NCBI GenBank assembly: GCA_964587425.1
Contig: CAZPLB010000001.1
Span: 30,545-94,544, forward strand
Reading direction: 5' to 3'
Length of the DNA: 64,000 nt
Source: an uncultured Gammaproteobacteria bacterium
GTDB lineage: Bacteria > Patescibacteriota > Microgenomatia > UBA8517
Part shown: one piece after another, positions 36,958 through 47,490 of the stretch
Numbering within the stretch: the stretch's first letter is position 1
Layout: the number at the start of each line of letters is the position of its first letter
The notes under the pieces: model-generated
What the model was told of the DNA's origin: nothing
Database searches by the model: none
What the model saw: only the letters and a program-made list of their open reading frames with translations
Made by a program: the position numbers and the translations under genes

Positions 36958-38511
36958 ATGAAAAAAAATATTCCTTATATACTTCTTTTTCTCATCGTAA
37001 TTTTAAGATTAGCTCTCAGGGTAGTTCCCTTATTAAACAATAATATTTATTTTACTGTTGATCAAGGGAAAACTGTTCTTTATGTAAGGGAAATATTGGA
37101 GCAGCACAGAATTTTTCTCAAAGGGCCTGAGACTAGCATTGCTGGAGTACATGCTGGACCACTATGGTATTACTTCGAGGCAATTGGGTATGGTATTTTT
37201 GGCGGCAACCCAATTGGCGGGGTTTTGGTCTTAACCATTCTAAAACTTGGTGTAGTAGTTGCCTTTACTTTGTGGATTCGTAAAAAAATAGGGTGGGCGT
37301 GGGCTTTGACAATTGCTTTCGTATTTCAATTTTTTTGGCCTTTCTATGAAGCATCTCTGTGGTCATTTAATCCTTTTCCTCTAGTGCCTCTTGCGATTTT
37401 ATTGGTCATCTTTCTCACAAAATTTTTATTGGGGGAGAGAAAATTTTACTACTTTGCTCTAATAGTTGTCCTCCTTTCCATTAATGCAGATGTTGCAGGG
37501 GCAGCTGTTTTTATATTATTTTTTACCCTTATTGGTCTAATCGGAGTTAGAAATAAAATATTAACTAAAAAAAGTTATTTAATTTCTGCTCTCCTAACTC
37601 CCTTAGTTGCTGTTGTTGGGATATTAGTGGAATTCATTCATTTGTTTATTAAGACAAAAGTTGTTTCTTATGAGGCAAGCGGAATTGGAGTTTTCAGCGG
37701 AACAAATTTTGTCTATATGGCACAAGAGTTTCTCAAATTGTTTGCTGGTGTTGTGAATCAGCAAAATATTCTCATTGGAATTCTTCTTTTTTTCTTCATC
37801 ACAGTATTGTATTTCAAGGTAAAAAAACCTGAGAAGTCCGTTCATAAATTTATAGTACTTACTTTTGTGTTTACATTGGTGTCATATCTATTCTTCTCAA
37901 CTAACAAAGGTTGGAAAGATTGGCATACTGTTTACCTCTCCCCTCTTCTTTTTATTACATTCATGTTGATGCTGTCACAAATTAAAAAGCAGATAGCAAT
38001 ACCTATACTTATTTTGACAATTGCTTTTCAAACATCTTACTTTAGCCAGAGGTTGACTTCATATATGAAACCTACGGATGATCCAAGTATTTTATATAAT
38101 GAACTTGCTGCTGTTGATTGGACTTACCAGAAAAGTGAAGATCAGGGATTTAGCGTTTACAACTATACAGATAGATTTTATGACAATCCATATCAATATC
38201 TTTATTGGTGGCATGGACTTAAAAAATATGGCTACTTGCCATGTGAGTATTCTAATTTTCCACTTTCTTCAAAGAGCGCCTATGTTGAGGGTTATGAACA
38301 TTATCTGGAACCAAAAAGAGGGTGCGATAGGATTTCGTTTCTAATTATACAAAGCGACACAAACGGCAATCAAAACACTGATTGGATTAAAAAATATCGT
38401 GAGTATCACACTCTGATTGAATCAACAAAGGTAGGGAGAATTACAATTGAAAAATATTACAGAAAAATTGGAGCACCTAATGATTTTTGTATTTGGCTTG
38501 AGAAGTGTTAA
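36958..38511 (+). CDS. GT-C fold glycosyltransferase-like polytopic membrane protein (ArnT/PMT family-like)
   Basis: About 12 TM helices with large C-terminal soluble domain. Confidence 0.5.
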   Translation: MKKNIPYILLFLIVILRLALRVVPLLNNNIYFTVDQGKTVLYVREILEQHRIFLKGPETSIAGVHAGPLWYYFEAIGYGIFGGNPIGGVLVLTILKLGVVVAFTLWIRKKIGWAWALTIAFVFQFFWPFYEASLWSFNPFPLVPLAILLVIFLTKFLLGERKFYYFALIVVLLSINADVAGAAVFILFFTLIGLIGVRNKILTKKSYLISALLTPLVAVVGILVEFIHLFIKTKVVSYEASGIGVFSGTNFVYMAQEFLKLFAGVVNQQNILIGILLFFFITVLYFKVKKPEKSVHKFIVLTFVFTLVSYLFFSTNKGWKDWHTVYLSPLLFITFMLMLSQIKKQIAIPILILTIAFQTSYFSQRLTSYMKPTDDPSILYNELAAVDWTYQKSEDQGFSVYNYTDRFYDNPYQYLYWWHGLKKYGYLPCEYSNFPLSSKSAYVEGYEHYLEPKRGCDRISFLIIQSDTNGNQNTDWIKKYREYHTLIESTKVGRITIEKYYRKIGAPNDFCIWLEKC

Positions 38512-38519
38512 GCTGAAGT

Positions 38520-38948
38520 ATGAGATGGGTTAATGAAAAATTCTTAAAGGTTGCCGATTTTGTCAGTTTTGGAATGGGTACCCCAACGAACATTATCTTT
38601 TGGATTCTGGCAGTTGTTGTTTGGTTCATTCTAGGTGCAACAAGATCTAATCTTTTCATGACAGGTAGTTTCTTACCATTATGGTTTACATCGAACGCCT
38701 GGAATTTTCCTTTGAACACGATTACAACTTTGGCTGAGCTTTACATTGGCTTCTTGGTTGCAGCTGCAACAAACAGAGCAGAACGGGAATTAAAAAAAAT
38801 TATTTTTGGAATGAAGGAAACACTTGATAAAGTGGAAAGGATAAATACAAATCAAAATAAAATATTAGATTTACTTGTTGAGTATCAAAAGAAAGAACTA
38901 CACAAAGAATCTGAAGTATTGAGGACTGTAAAGGAAATAAAGAGTTAA
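38520..38948 (+). CDS. Low-affinity iron permease-like small membrane protein
   Basis: 'NIIFWILAVVVWFILG' pattern. Confidence 0.4.
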   Translation: MRWVNEKFLKVADFVSFGMGTPTNIIFWILAVVVWFILGATRSNLFMTGSFLPLWFTSNAWNFPLNTITTLAELYIGFLVAAATNRAERELKKIIFGMKETLDKVERINTNQNKILDLLVEYQKKELHKESEVLRTVKEIKS

Positions 38949-40805
38949 TCACCTTAATAGACGAAGGGAGTTTGCGATTGGGAAAAAATCTGTAACAAAG
39001 TTAAAGACTGCAGCTCCCTGGGGATTTAAGACACCTGCAAAAACAAGCACCAGACCAATACAATTAACTACTCCCCAAATTATGAAATTCTGGTGAGCGA
39101 CTTTAACAGTAGTTTTCCCTAGTTTCACAAATTCACTTAGTTTTGTGAAATCGTCATTCATTAAAGCAACATTTGCAGATTCTATTGAAGCATCTGAACC
39201 TATTGCACCCATGGCTATTCCAATATCTGATGCAGCAAGCGCTGCTGCATCATTTACTCCATCCCCTATCATTGCCAGCTTATTTTTCTTTTCAATATGA
39301 GTCTTTACAAAGGAAAGTTTGTCTTGGGGCATTAAATTTGCTTTGTAGTCGTTGATACCAACTTCCTGGGCTACACTTTTAGCGACAAACTCATTGTCGC
39401 CGGTTAACATATAGAGTTTTTCTACTCCAAGACCTTTTAACTCTCTAATTGTTTCTTTCACATTAGATCTTAATTCATCTTTAAATTTAATTATCCCCAA
39501 TATTTTTTCTTGGGCTACAATGACAACATTGATTCCATTTCCTAAATTGTCTTTGATAATCTGAGAGGATTTAGTGTCAAATTTTATACCCATTTCTTTT
39601 AAATATGATTCTTGACCAACAAATGTTTTCTTGCCATCTATATTTGCTTCTATCCCTTTACCAGGATATTCTCTGGACTTTGTCGGAATTTTAGCCTTTA
39701 TATTTTTTGATTTCATAAATTTAACAATCGCTTTGGCAATGGGGTGTTCAGATACTGACTCAACACTGCCAATAATTTGAAGAATATTGGTGTCATCCTT
39801 CGTGAAATTTTCTGTCCCTATTACTTTTAGTTTCCCTTTAGTTAAAGTTCCTGTTTTATCAAAAATGACCGTTTTTAAATTATTGGAGGCTTCTAAAAAC
39901 TCTCCTCCTTTTACTATTATTCCAGATCTCGCTGCTTTGCCAATTGATGCCCAAAAAGCCATAGGGACTGCTATGGCTATGTCGTCGGCACAAACGACAA
40001 GAAGAACTGCAAGAATTAATTGTAAATCTTTGGTAAAGAAATAAATAATTGCTGAGGCAACAAATGCGATTATTATATAAATAGTAGCAAAACGCTCCCC
40101 AAGTGTTTCTATTTTTACTTTTCCTTTTTGGGCAACAGTTACTAAATTTATTATTTTTTCTAATGTTGTATCCTTACCAATCTTCTCTGCCTTGACCATC
40201 AGAGTACCTGCAACATTTAACGTTGAAGAGTAAACCATATCTCCCTTACTTTTGGAAATTGGTATAGATTCGCCTGTTAGTGACGATTGATCAACACTTC
40301 CCTCCCCTTCTATAATTTTTCCGTCAACAGGAATCCTGTCACCTGACTCAACAACAATTAAATCACCAATTTTAACTTCTTTTAAAGAGATTTCTTTAAA
40401 ACTATCATCAACTCTTATCTTTACAATATTAGGCCTAAGTTTGAGGAGTTTTTTTATAGCATTGCCTGCAACATTTTGGGTATAGTCTCCAAAAATTCTA
40501 GCTGAGGTTATCATTAAATTAATAAATGCTACAGATGACCATTCTCTATTTAACAAGGAGGCAAGCAAGGCAACACTTGCCAAAAGATCGACAGAAATTT
40601 TCCTATTTAATAGTGCTTTAACCGCACTGACTGCAACAAAAATTGTTGATATTAGTCCAACTGCAATTATGAACTGGCCTTTGATAAGGAGGCTTAAGAT
40701 TAATGCGATAAGGAGAACAATATTTAACAACAACTTGAATAAAGTATATAATTTATTCGTGGAAACAGAAACTGCAGTACTTGCCGGAGGGTGTTTCTGG
40801 TGCAC
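38949..40805 (-). CDS. P-type cation-transporting ATPase (P1B-like, no N-terminal metal-binding domain; TM6 motif 'CAD' instead of CPC)
   Basis: 'TGES', 'DKTGTLT', 'GDGVNDAAALA' motifs. Confidence 0.85.
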   Translation of the reverse strand: MHQKHPPASTAVSVSTNKLYTLFKLLLNIVLLIALILSLLIKGQFIIAVGLISTIFVAVSAVKALLNRKISVDLLASVALLASLLNREWSSVAFINLMITSARIFGDYTQNVAGNAIKKLLKLRPNIVKIRVDDSFKEISLKEVKIGDLIVVESGDRIPVDGKIIEGEGSVDQSSLTGESIPISKSKGDMVYSSTLNVAGTLMVKAEKIGKDTTLEKIINLVTVAQKGKVKIETLGERFATIYIIIAFVASAIIYFFTKDLQLILAVLLVVCADDIAIAVPMAFWASIGKAARSGIIVKGGEFLEASNNLKTVIFDKTGTLTKGKLKVIGTENFTKDDTNILQIIGSVESVSEHPIAKAIVKFMKSKNIKAKIPTKSREYPGKGIEANIDGKKTFVGQESYLKEMGIKFDTKSSQIIKDNLGNGINVVIVAQEKILGIIKFKDELRSNVKETIRELKGLGVEKLYMLTGDNEFVAKSVAQEVGINDYKANLMPQDKLSFVKTHIEKKNKLAMIGDGVNDAAALAASDIGIAMGAIGSDASIESANVALMNDDFTKLSEFVKLGKTTVKVAHQNFIIWGVVNCIGLVLVFAGVLNPQGAAVFNFVTDFFPIANSLRLLR

Positions 40806-41274
40806 AGAGGCAATATTTAAGAGACTAAAAGGTGTGGTTAGTGTGATGCCAGGATATTCTGGAGGAACAATTGAAAACCCTAGCTATGAAGAAGTATCTT
40901 CGGGCAGCACAGGACACGCAGAATCGGTTCAAATTCAATTTGATCCAAAAGTTATTTCATATGAAAAATTACTTGAAGTTTTTTTCAAACTTCATGATCC
41001 TACAACATTAAACCAACAAGGAGCTGATGTTGGAACACAATATCGTTCTGTCGTCTTTTACTATGATGATACTCAAAAGAAGTTGGCTGAGAAAGCGAAG
41101 GCAAGAATAAAAAATGCTGTTACTGAGATAGTTCCCTACTCTAACTTTTACCCTGCTGAGGAATCACACAGGGAATATTATGAGAAAAATAAAAGTGCTG
41201 GGTACTGCAGACTTGTGATCGATCCAAAAATTCAGAAATTATATAAAGAGTTTAAGAACGAAGTTGGGTCTTGA
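40735..41274 (+). CDS. msrA: Peptide-methionine (S)-S-oxide reductase MsrA (5' end uncertain; longest ORF begins 40669 and overlaps the ATPase start)
   Basis: 'GGCFWCTEA' active site. Confidence 0.85.
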   Translation: MNKVYNLFVETETAVLAGGCFWCTEAIFKRLKGVVSVMPGYSGGTIENPSYEEVSSGSTGHAESVQIQFDPKVISYEKLLEVFFKLHDPTTLNQQGADVGTQYRSVVFYYDDTQKKLAEKAKARIKNAVTEIVPYSNFYPAEESHREYYEKNKSAGYCRLVIDPKIQKLYKEFKNEVGS

Positions 41275-41288
41275 CATACATCTGATGT

Positions 41289-41573
41289 ATGGTGTATATT
41301 GTAAATATGTTAAGGGTAAATATTTACATACTAGAGGAAGTAGATAATAAAATAGCCTTCCTTGCCAAATCTATGGGAATTAAGAAGGCGGAAGTTGTTC
41401 GTTCTGCACTAGACCTTGGTTTGAAAAGCCTTAGACCCAAATCCGTTAGTGCTCAAGGTCTCTTGGATTTTGTGAAATTGACAGAAAAGATTCCCACCAA
41501 AAATAAACTGCCGAAGGATTTTATCAAGAATTTGGATTATTATACGTGGGGAGGGAGCAGGCGTGATCAATAA
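41289..41573 (+). CDS. vapB: Ribbon-helix-helix antitoxin (VapB/CopG-like)
   Basis: 'KAEVVRSALDLGL' RHH; overlaps downstream PIN gene. Confidence 0.6.
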   Translation: MVYIVNMLRVNIYILEEVDNKIAFLAKSMGIKKAEVVRSALDLGLKSLRPKSVSAQGLLDFVKLTEKIPTKNKLPKDFIKNLDYYTWGGSRRDQ

Positions 41574-41982
41574 TATTGCGATTGTGGATTCAGATGCATT
41601 GATAGCCTTGGCTCTAGAAAAAGATCCAAATCATGAAAAAGCAAAGGCGACTGCAATTAGGCTTTTAGCGAAGAATTTTGAGATCATCTTTCCAGATACA
41701 GTGTTTCCTGAGGCAATAACATCTCTCGTGAGAGCTGCAAATGAACCACAAAAAGCACATATTATAAATAAACAGCTTCAGGCTGGGGTGTTTCAAGTAG
41801 AATATGTAGATAAAGAAATACTTTCGAGCGCAAGTAGATTGTTTGAGAAAACTGAGTCAAAACAGAACACCTTCTTTGATTCAATCGTAGTGGCTACAGC
41901 AGAAAAACTGGGTACCAAAACAATTTTTTCTTTTGACAATTGGTACCCCAAATTAGGTTTTACCCTTGCTTCAAATATTTAA
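41563..41982 (+). CDS. vapC: PIN-domain toxin VapC
   Basis: 'IVDSDALIAL' N-terminal Asp, C-terminal 'DSIVVATAEKLG...FSFD'. Confidence 0.75.
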   Translation: MINNIAIVDSDALIALALEKDPNHEKAKATAIRLLAKNFEIIFPDTVFPEAITSLVRAANEPQKAHIINKQLQAGVFQVEYVDKEILSSASRLFEKTESKQNTFFDSIVVATAEKLGTKTIFSFDNWYPKLGFTLASNI

Positions 41983-41983
41983 A

Positions 41984-42601
41984 TTATTGTTTTTTAAGTG
42001 AAGATATCATTCCATCAAGGACTACAAGAAGTGTTTGGTCTGGGTTTGCAGGGGTGTTGTATGTGATATAACCAAACTGGGTTGGTAGACCAAAGCCAGA
42101 TGGTTTTTTCTCACAAATTGTGTAAACAGATGTTCCGGCAGGAGAACCACCAGTTGAAGTTGCCCTTCTATATTCTCCTTCGGCTGAAGTAATTGTTGTA
42201 AATGCATTAAATGGTGCTCCAAAATCTTGAGGAGGGTCTCCTGGATATAAACAGGCTGCTCCACCACCCGCACCTTGGGAAATGACTAACTGATAGGTTG
42301 CATTTGTTATTGTTAACTTTGGTGCTCCGGCAATCTGAGAACTATCTGCAGTCCAACCATTTGGAACTGTGATTTTAAATGATACAAACGATCCTCCGGG
42401 GCTTGTGACAGAAACTATATTTGGGGCTACGGTTGGTACTGGAGACTCTTTACTCTCAGGTGCTGGTGATTGGTTTGAACTGAAAACTCCCCCTTTTTGA
42501 TTTTTTATTTTCAAACCAACATATATTCCCCCACCTACCAAAAACCCAACTACCACTAATATAATTGTTAATTTGCCAAGAAGAGAGAAAAAAGCGTTCA
42601 T
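41984..42601 (-). CDS. Membrane-anchored hypothetical protein
   Basis: ORF; N-terminal TM, Gly/Thr/Ser-rich. Confidence 0.35.
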   Translation of the reverse strand: MNAFFSLLGKLTIILVVVGFLVGGGIYVGLKIKNQKGGVFSSNQSPAPESKESPVPTVAPNIVSVTSPGGSFVSFKITVPNGWTADSSQIAGAPKLTITNATYQLVISQGAGGGAACLYPGDPPQDFGAPFNAFTTITSAEGEYRRATSTGGSPAGTSVYTICEKKPSGFGLPTQFGYITYNTPANPDQTLLVVLDGMISSLKKQ

Positions 42602-42645
42602 TAAAAAAGATTATAACACATGGAGTTTTTATGTATAATTAACAG

Positions 42646-43467
42646 GTGAAAGTACTTCCAGTTTTTATAATTGTTTTGATTATTTTTATATTTGTTAATT
42701 TGTCATACAAAAATGCAAGAGAAAAATTAGTTTTTACTCCAATTATTCCCATAGCTACTCCATTTAATCCGTTTCCATATAAACCTCCTACAATTCCAAA
42801 TAAACGATCATACCTTACCATGATAGTTGGAGACTCTATGGTATATGCCCTTGGAGCCAATGCAAACCAACTGCGTTTAGATCTGATTAAATTATATCCA
42901 ACTCATGAATTTGTTAACTATAATTATGGTCAACCCTCCACAAATATCCTTACTCTTCCAGATAGACTTAATACTGAAACCACTTCACTTGGAACAAAAT
43001 ACCCACCCATATTAAAAGGGGGTTTTGATTTAATTATTATTGAATCATTTGCATATAATCCCCTTTCAGAATTCCCAGTTGATGAGGGAGTCAAAAAATA
43101 TACAGAGGTCCTTGATGCAAGTGTAAAAGAGATAATTCAAAAACATCCTGAGTCAGTAGTTGCTCTAATGACTCCAATTGCTCCAAACAAAGAAAACTTT
43201 GCAAAAAACACTTACAAATTAAGTCAAGAGACTAGAACAATGTGGGTGAATGAAAGAATTGCATACATAAATGCTTTGATTAATTATGCAAAAGAAAAAA
43301 ATATTCCTTTAATTAACGTGTATGAAAAATCACAGACACCAGACGGAAATGGTGATCTTAAATATATAAATAGAGATGATTATATTCATCCTTCCAAGTT
43401 TGGGGTTCAATTAATGGCGGATACTATTGCTAATTTTATTTTTGATAACAAAATTTTTCCTAATTAG
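42646..43467 (+). CDS. Membrane-anchored SGNH/GDSL hydrolase
   Basis: 'IVGDSMVY' (GDS) and 'DYIHPS' (DxxH). Confidence 0.7.
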   Translation: MKVLPVFIIVLIIFIFVNLSYKNAREKLVFTPIIPIATPFNPFPYKPPTIPNKRSYLTMIVGDSMVYALGANANQLRLDLIKLYPTHEFVNYNYGQPSTNILTLPDRLNTETTSLGTKYPPILKGGFDLIIIESFAYNPLSEFPVDEGVKKYTEVLDASVKEIIQKHPESVVALMTPIAPNKENFAKNTYKLSQETRTMWVNERIAYINALINYAKEKNIPLINVYEKSQTPDGNGDLKYINRDDYIHPSKFGVQLMADTIANFIFDNKIFPN

Positions 43468-43768
43468 ATCTCCATTGTGAGAGTAAGAGATCTACTTTCT
43501 CTCCTTTAAAGACAACACCTTCTTTGGTTAACATTTCTTTTTTTTGTTTCACTCCACCATTGCCTGAATAACCTGTTAATTTGCCATCACTTGCTACTAC
43601 TCTGTGGCACGGAGTGTTTGGAGCATCTGGATTTCGTTTCATGAAACCACCAACAGCTCTTGCAGCTTTCGGATGTTCTGCTAATTTTGCAATTTGGCCA
43701 TAGGTTGCCACTTTGCCCTTTGGAATTTGTCTTGTTATTTTGTACACTTCTTCTTGAAAAGTCATCAA
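43460..43768 (-). CDS. ogt: Methylated-DNA-protein-cysteine methyltransferase (MGMT DNA-binding/active-site domain)
   Basis: 'PCHRVV' active site. Confidence 0.8.
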   Translation of the reverse strand: MMTFQEEVYKITRQIPKGKVATYGQIAKLAEHPKAARAVGGFMKRNPDAPNTPCHRVVASDGKLTGYSGNGGVKQKKEMLTKEGVVFKGEKVDLLLSQWRSN

Positions 43769-45269
43769 TGCAGTATATCAAAAAGAAGCTACAGGAAAAT
43801 AAGATTTTAGCTATCGTAATCCTCGTTGCATTACTTGCTCGAATACTCACAACTGACAAACTAATGATATTTAGCCCCGATGAAGAGTATTTGGCATATC
43901 TTGCTCAAAGCATCATCAAAGATTTTCATATTATATGGATTGGGATCAGTGCTGGAAGCTTTGATATTTACTATGGTCCTCATTGGATATATATAATTAC
44001 TCCACTACTTTTAGTTTCCCATGGAAATCCAGTAATCCTTGGCTATTTTGGAAGTTTATTGGGGGTTATAACTGCAGTTCTACTTTATTTTCTCGGAAAA
44101 GAGATGTTTGGCAAAAGAGTTGGACTAATTGCAAGTATTTTTTATTCAACATCCGCCCTCATTGTTTACTACGATCAGAAGGGTACCCAAGCGGAATTCC
44201 CCTTTTGGCCACTTTGATGGCTCTTTCTCTGTATAAATTTAAACAGAATAAATATTGGCTTTTTGTTTTTGCAATTTCGTTTGGAATATCTTTTAGTGTC
44301 CATCTGTCACTTCTACCCATACTTCTTGTTGCAGTTTATGTGTTAATCAAAAATAGACAGGTTTTAGATAGAAAGACTATTTTTATAGCTTCTCTACTTT
44401 TTCTCTTAACTGTCTCTCCACTTATTGCCTTTGATTATTTTCATAAAGGCAGCAATATCACTTCCCCTATTAGAATTTTAAAGGCAATGCAGACTGGCAT
44501 TTATAAACCAAATATTCCCTACCATGGCCGAACCTTTTTTGATTCGCTTGGAAGAGTCATTTATTTGGGGGTGAACAAAAACAGCAGTGATGAAATATTA
44601 TATCCTTGTTCATTAGTTTCATCCTCTACTCGAACCGTTCCTCCCATAATTATTTCTCTTATTGTTTTTATTCTTCTTTTTTACTTTTTAACAAGAAGAC
44701 AAACTTGGAAGAATGAAAATACCAGAATGGTTGCACTCTTAATGCTTACTTTCATCGTTCCCTTTATAACTTCATCTTTTATTAACCCGGTTGAATATTA
44801 TTTACTGGGATTTTTTCCATTTTTATTCTTGGTGTTTGGATACTTAACGGAGGAGGTTGGTAAAAACAGGAAAAAGTTTATTTATTTTTCTATCGCAATT
44901 ATATCTATAGTTAACTTAATCACAATTTTAACAGCTAAGGGTGACTATGGTTTTGCAGTAAAAAGAAATTTAGTAAAAAAAGTTATGGATGTTGTAAAAG
45001 ATTCTCCCTATTCCTTAACTGAAATTGGAGAGTGTCACAAATATGAAGCCTGGAGATATCTATTCTCTGTCATGGGTCAAAGCCAGGTGACATCATCTGA
45101 GGACAATGCCTATGGATGGCTCTACACTGATGAATTATCTAAAAAGACACCGGTCTATGATGTAGTTATTGGTGAGACTAGAATTAAAAATGATGAGCAC
45201 GGTTTTAAATATAGTTTTGAAGAGGGTGGTTTTACTGGCTATATTTATGAACGACAAAACTCAAAATAA
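43768..45269 (+). pseudogene. Frameshifted GT-C glycosyltransferase-like membrane protein (two overlapping frames, shift near 44175-44217)
   Basis: ORFs 43660-44217 and 43983-45269 are contiguous in sense. The frame changes at 'YYDQKGTQAEFPFWPL*' / 'LRSEGYPSGIPLLATL'. Confidence 0.5.
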
Positions 45270-46005
45270 ATATTAACGTACTTGCTATTACAACTATTGG
45301 GCCTGATGGTAAACTGAAAAGGGTAGCGCATACAATTCCAACAAGCGCAGATAATATTCCAAAACAAATAGAAAGGATGTGAAAGCTCATTATATTCTTG
45401 GCAATATTTTTTGCTGCTACAGCTGGAATTATAACTAAGGCTCCTGTTAAAAGTGTTCCAACAAATCTCACCCCCAGGGCAACGACTATACCAATCATCA
45501 AAAGATATACCAGGTTCACTAGTTTTGTTTTTACATTAACTGACTTTGCTAAGTCTTCTGAAATTATGCCGATCATTAATTTTTTTGAGATGAAAAAGGT
45601 AAGAAGAATAACCATGACTGAAAGAATCACAGCACCTATGCCTTCTAGTGTTGTAATTTTTTGAAGATTACCAAAAAGTGCTTCGAAGAGTTCTGGTTCT
45701 GGGGTAACCAGAAGTCCAATTGCAAGACTAACAGTGAAAAATACACCAACGAGGGCTTCTGGGTAAACTTCCGATTTTTCACTAATGTACCAAATGGCAA
45801 CGATTGCAATAGCGAGAGCGACGAAGGCTCCAATCATTGGACTTATACCAATCAAAAGAGCGATTGCCATACCAGGAAGGGCAACGTGGCTTAATGCATC
45901 GCCTACTAATGACATTCTCTTTAAAACCATGAAGGAACCAAGATATGCAGAGGCTGCTGCTACAGTGATTCCAACTAAACTTAAAAATAGTAAATTATTT
46001 GTCAT
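45232..46005 (-). CDS. ABC-3 family metal (Zn/Mn) ABC transporter permease
   Basis: Polytopic; ZnuB/MntB-like. Confidence 0.8.
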   Translation of the reverse strand: MTNNLLFLSLVGITVAAASAYLGSFMVLKRMSLVGDALSHVALPGMAIALLIGISPMIGAFVALAIAIVAIWYISEKSEVYPEALVGVFFTVSLAIGLLVTPEPELFEALFGNLQKITTLEGIGAVILSVMVILLTFFISKKLMIGIISEDLAKSVNVKTKLVNLVYLLMIGIVVALGVRFVGTLLTGALVIIPAVAAKNIAKNIMSFHILSICFGILSALVGIVCATLFSLPSGPIVVIASTLIFILSFVVHKYSQ

Positions 46006-46006
46006 A

Positions 46007-46720
46007 CTAATGATGGTGGTAGATACTTACTTCTTCGCCGTACAGTTTTGTTAGACTTTCTCTTCCAATTACTTTGTTTGGATTACCAAAACATATTTTT
46101 TGTTTATTTAAACAAAGGACATTGTTTGCATATTGGTAAACAATTTCAAGCTCATGGGAGATAAAAATAACTGTCATACTTCTTTCTTTTCGAAGTCTCT
46201 GGATTAGGGAATAAATTGTTTCTTCGCCGCTCACGTCTACGCCCGAGGTTGGCTCATCAAACAATAGTATGTCTGGATCTCCCAAAAGTGCGAAAGCAAT
46301 TAGCACTCTTTGGAATTCACCACCTGAAAGGACACCCAATTTTGAATTTAGTATTCTTTTGCCATGGTGGGCTTCTTCACTTCCTTTATTCCCAAGTCCA
46401 ACAAAGTCCAGATACTCTTTTATTTTTGAAACACTCTTCTCTTTGAATTTTAAGAAGTCAGATACAGTGAATGGAGTGTCATTTTCTATACTTAATTTTT
46501 GTGGGACATAGCCAACTTTAATTCCTTTCTGCCAAGTTACTTCTCCACTATATGGAATTAGCCCCAAGAGGCATTTGAAGAGAACAGATTTACCAGCACC
46601 ATTTGGACCAATTATTCCAAGATAGTCATCCTTTGTTACATCAAAGGTGATATTTTTCAATGCAGTGTGATTACCAAATTTTACTGTTATATTTTTGACT
46701 GAAAGAATTGTGTTATCCAT
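46007..46720 (-). CDS. Metal ABC transporter ATP-binding protein
   Basis: 'GPNGAGKS', 'LSGGEFQRV'. Confidence 0.85.
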   Translation of the reverse strand: MDNTILSVKNITVKFGNHTALKNITFDVTKDDYLGIIGPNGAGKSVLFKCLLGLIPYSGEVTWQKGIKVGYVPQKLSIENDTPFTVSDFLKFKEKSVSKIKEYLDFVGLGNKGSEEAHHGKRILNSKLGVLSGGEFQRVLIAFALLGDPDILLFDEPTSGVDVSGEETIYSLIQRLRKERSMTVIFISHELEIVYQYANNVLCLNKQKICFGNPNKVIGRESLTKLYGEEVSIYHHH

Positions 46721-46724
46721 TTTT

Positions 46725-47177
46725 TTATTTTACAGGTTTATAGTCATGAGTTGACAAAATACTTTTTCCTGATTTTAGATAGATACTCTTAGATCTATCA
46801 GCTAGCATATCACGCACTTCTTGTAGAGAGTGTCTTGAGGGAAAAACCAATAAGCCATCGATTGGATGCCTGTGTCCTTCATGAACAAATTTACCAATAT
46901 GATATAAATCAAAACAACTTTTTTTGACAGTTGTAAAACTCCAGTCTTTTGGAATCGCAAAAGCTTCATCAAGAATGACAACAAGATCAATATCAGAGCC
47001 TTCTCGCCCATCATATTCATGCTCATAAAGGCCAAATTTTCCTTCTGCTAATGATGCCCAAACAAGAGCTTCTTGAACAACTGGCTTATCCGTAACTATC
47101 TGTGTCAAGAACTCTTTAGCATTTTTCCAAATCGCTTCTTGATTTTCGTATAGTATTTTTCTTGGTTTATCACTCAT
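46725..47177 (-). CDS. Nucleotidyltransferase-fold (minimal NTase-like) protein
   Basis: 'GREGSDIDLVVIL' hG[GS]...D.D motif. Confidence 0.4.
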   Translation of the reverse strand: MSDKPRKILYENQEAIWKNAKEFLTQIVTDKPVVQEALVWASLAEGKFGLYEHEYDGREGSDIDLVVILDEAFAIPKDWSFTTVKKSCFDLYHIGKFVHEGHRHPIDGLLVFPSRHSLQEVRDMLADRSKSIYLKSGKSILSTHDYKPVK

Positions 47178-47196
47178 GAATGAATTATATCAAGAA

Positions 47197-47490
47197 TTAT
47201 TTTGGCGAGATTGAGGAGTTTAATTCTTTATTCACTCTCTCTGCCAAAAATATTTTCATTAAAGACTGATAAGGGACATCGCGGGAATTGGCGATTTCCT
47301 TAATTCTCATCAATAGAAATGCTGGTAAGCGAAGAGATATTGATTCTGTGGTTGGTTTGAGTTTGGATAAATCTAGTTTTATTGGTTTTTCGAAATCAAA
47401 ATATTCACTACTATCTGCTTTTGCCCAAAAATCCCTTTCTTCATCCTCATTTTTAAATTTTGGTATTGATTTCAATTTTCTTTTAGACAT
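47197..47490 (-). CDS. brnA: BrnA antitoxin (paralog of the 21736-22011 gene)
   Basis: 'KNEDEERDFWAKADSSEYFDF...ISLRLP...VPYQSLMK'. Confidence 0.8.
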   Translation of the reverse strand: MSKRKLKSIPKFKNEDEERDFWAKADSSEYFDFEKPIKLDLSKLKPTTESISLRLPAFLLMRIKEIANSRDVPYQSLMKIFLAERVNKELNSSISPK

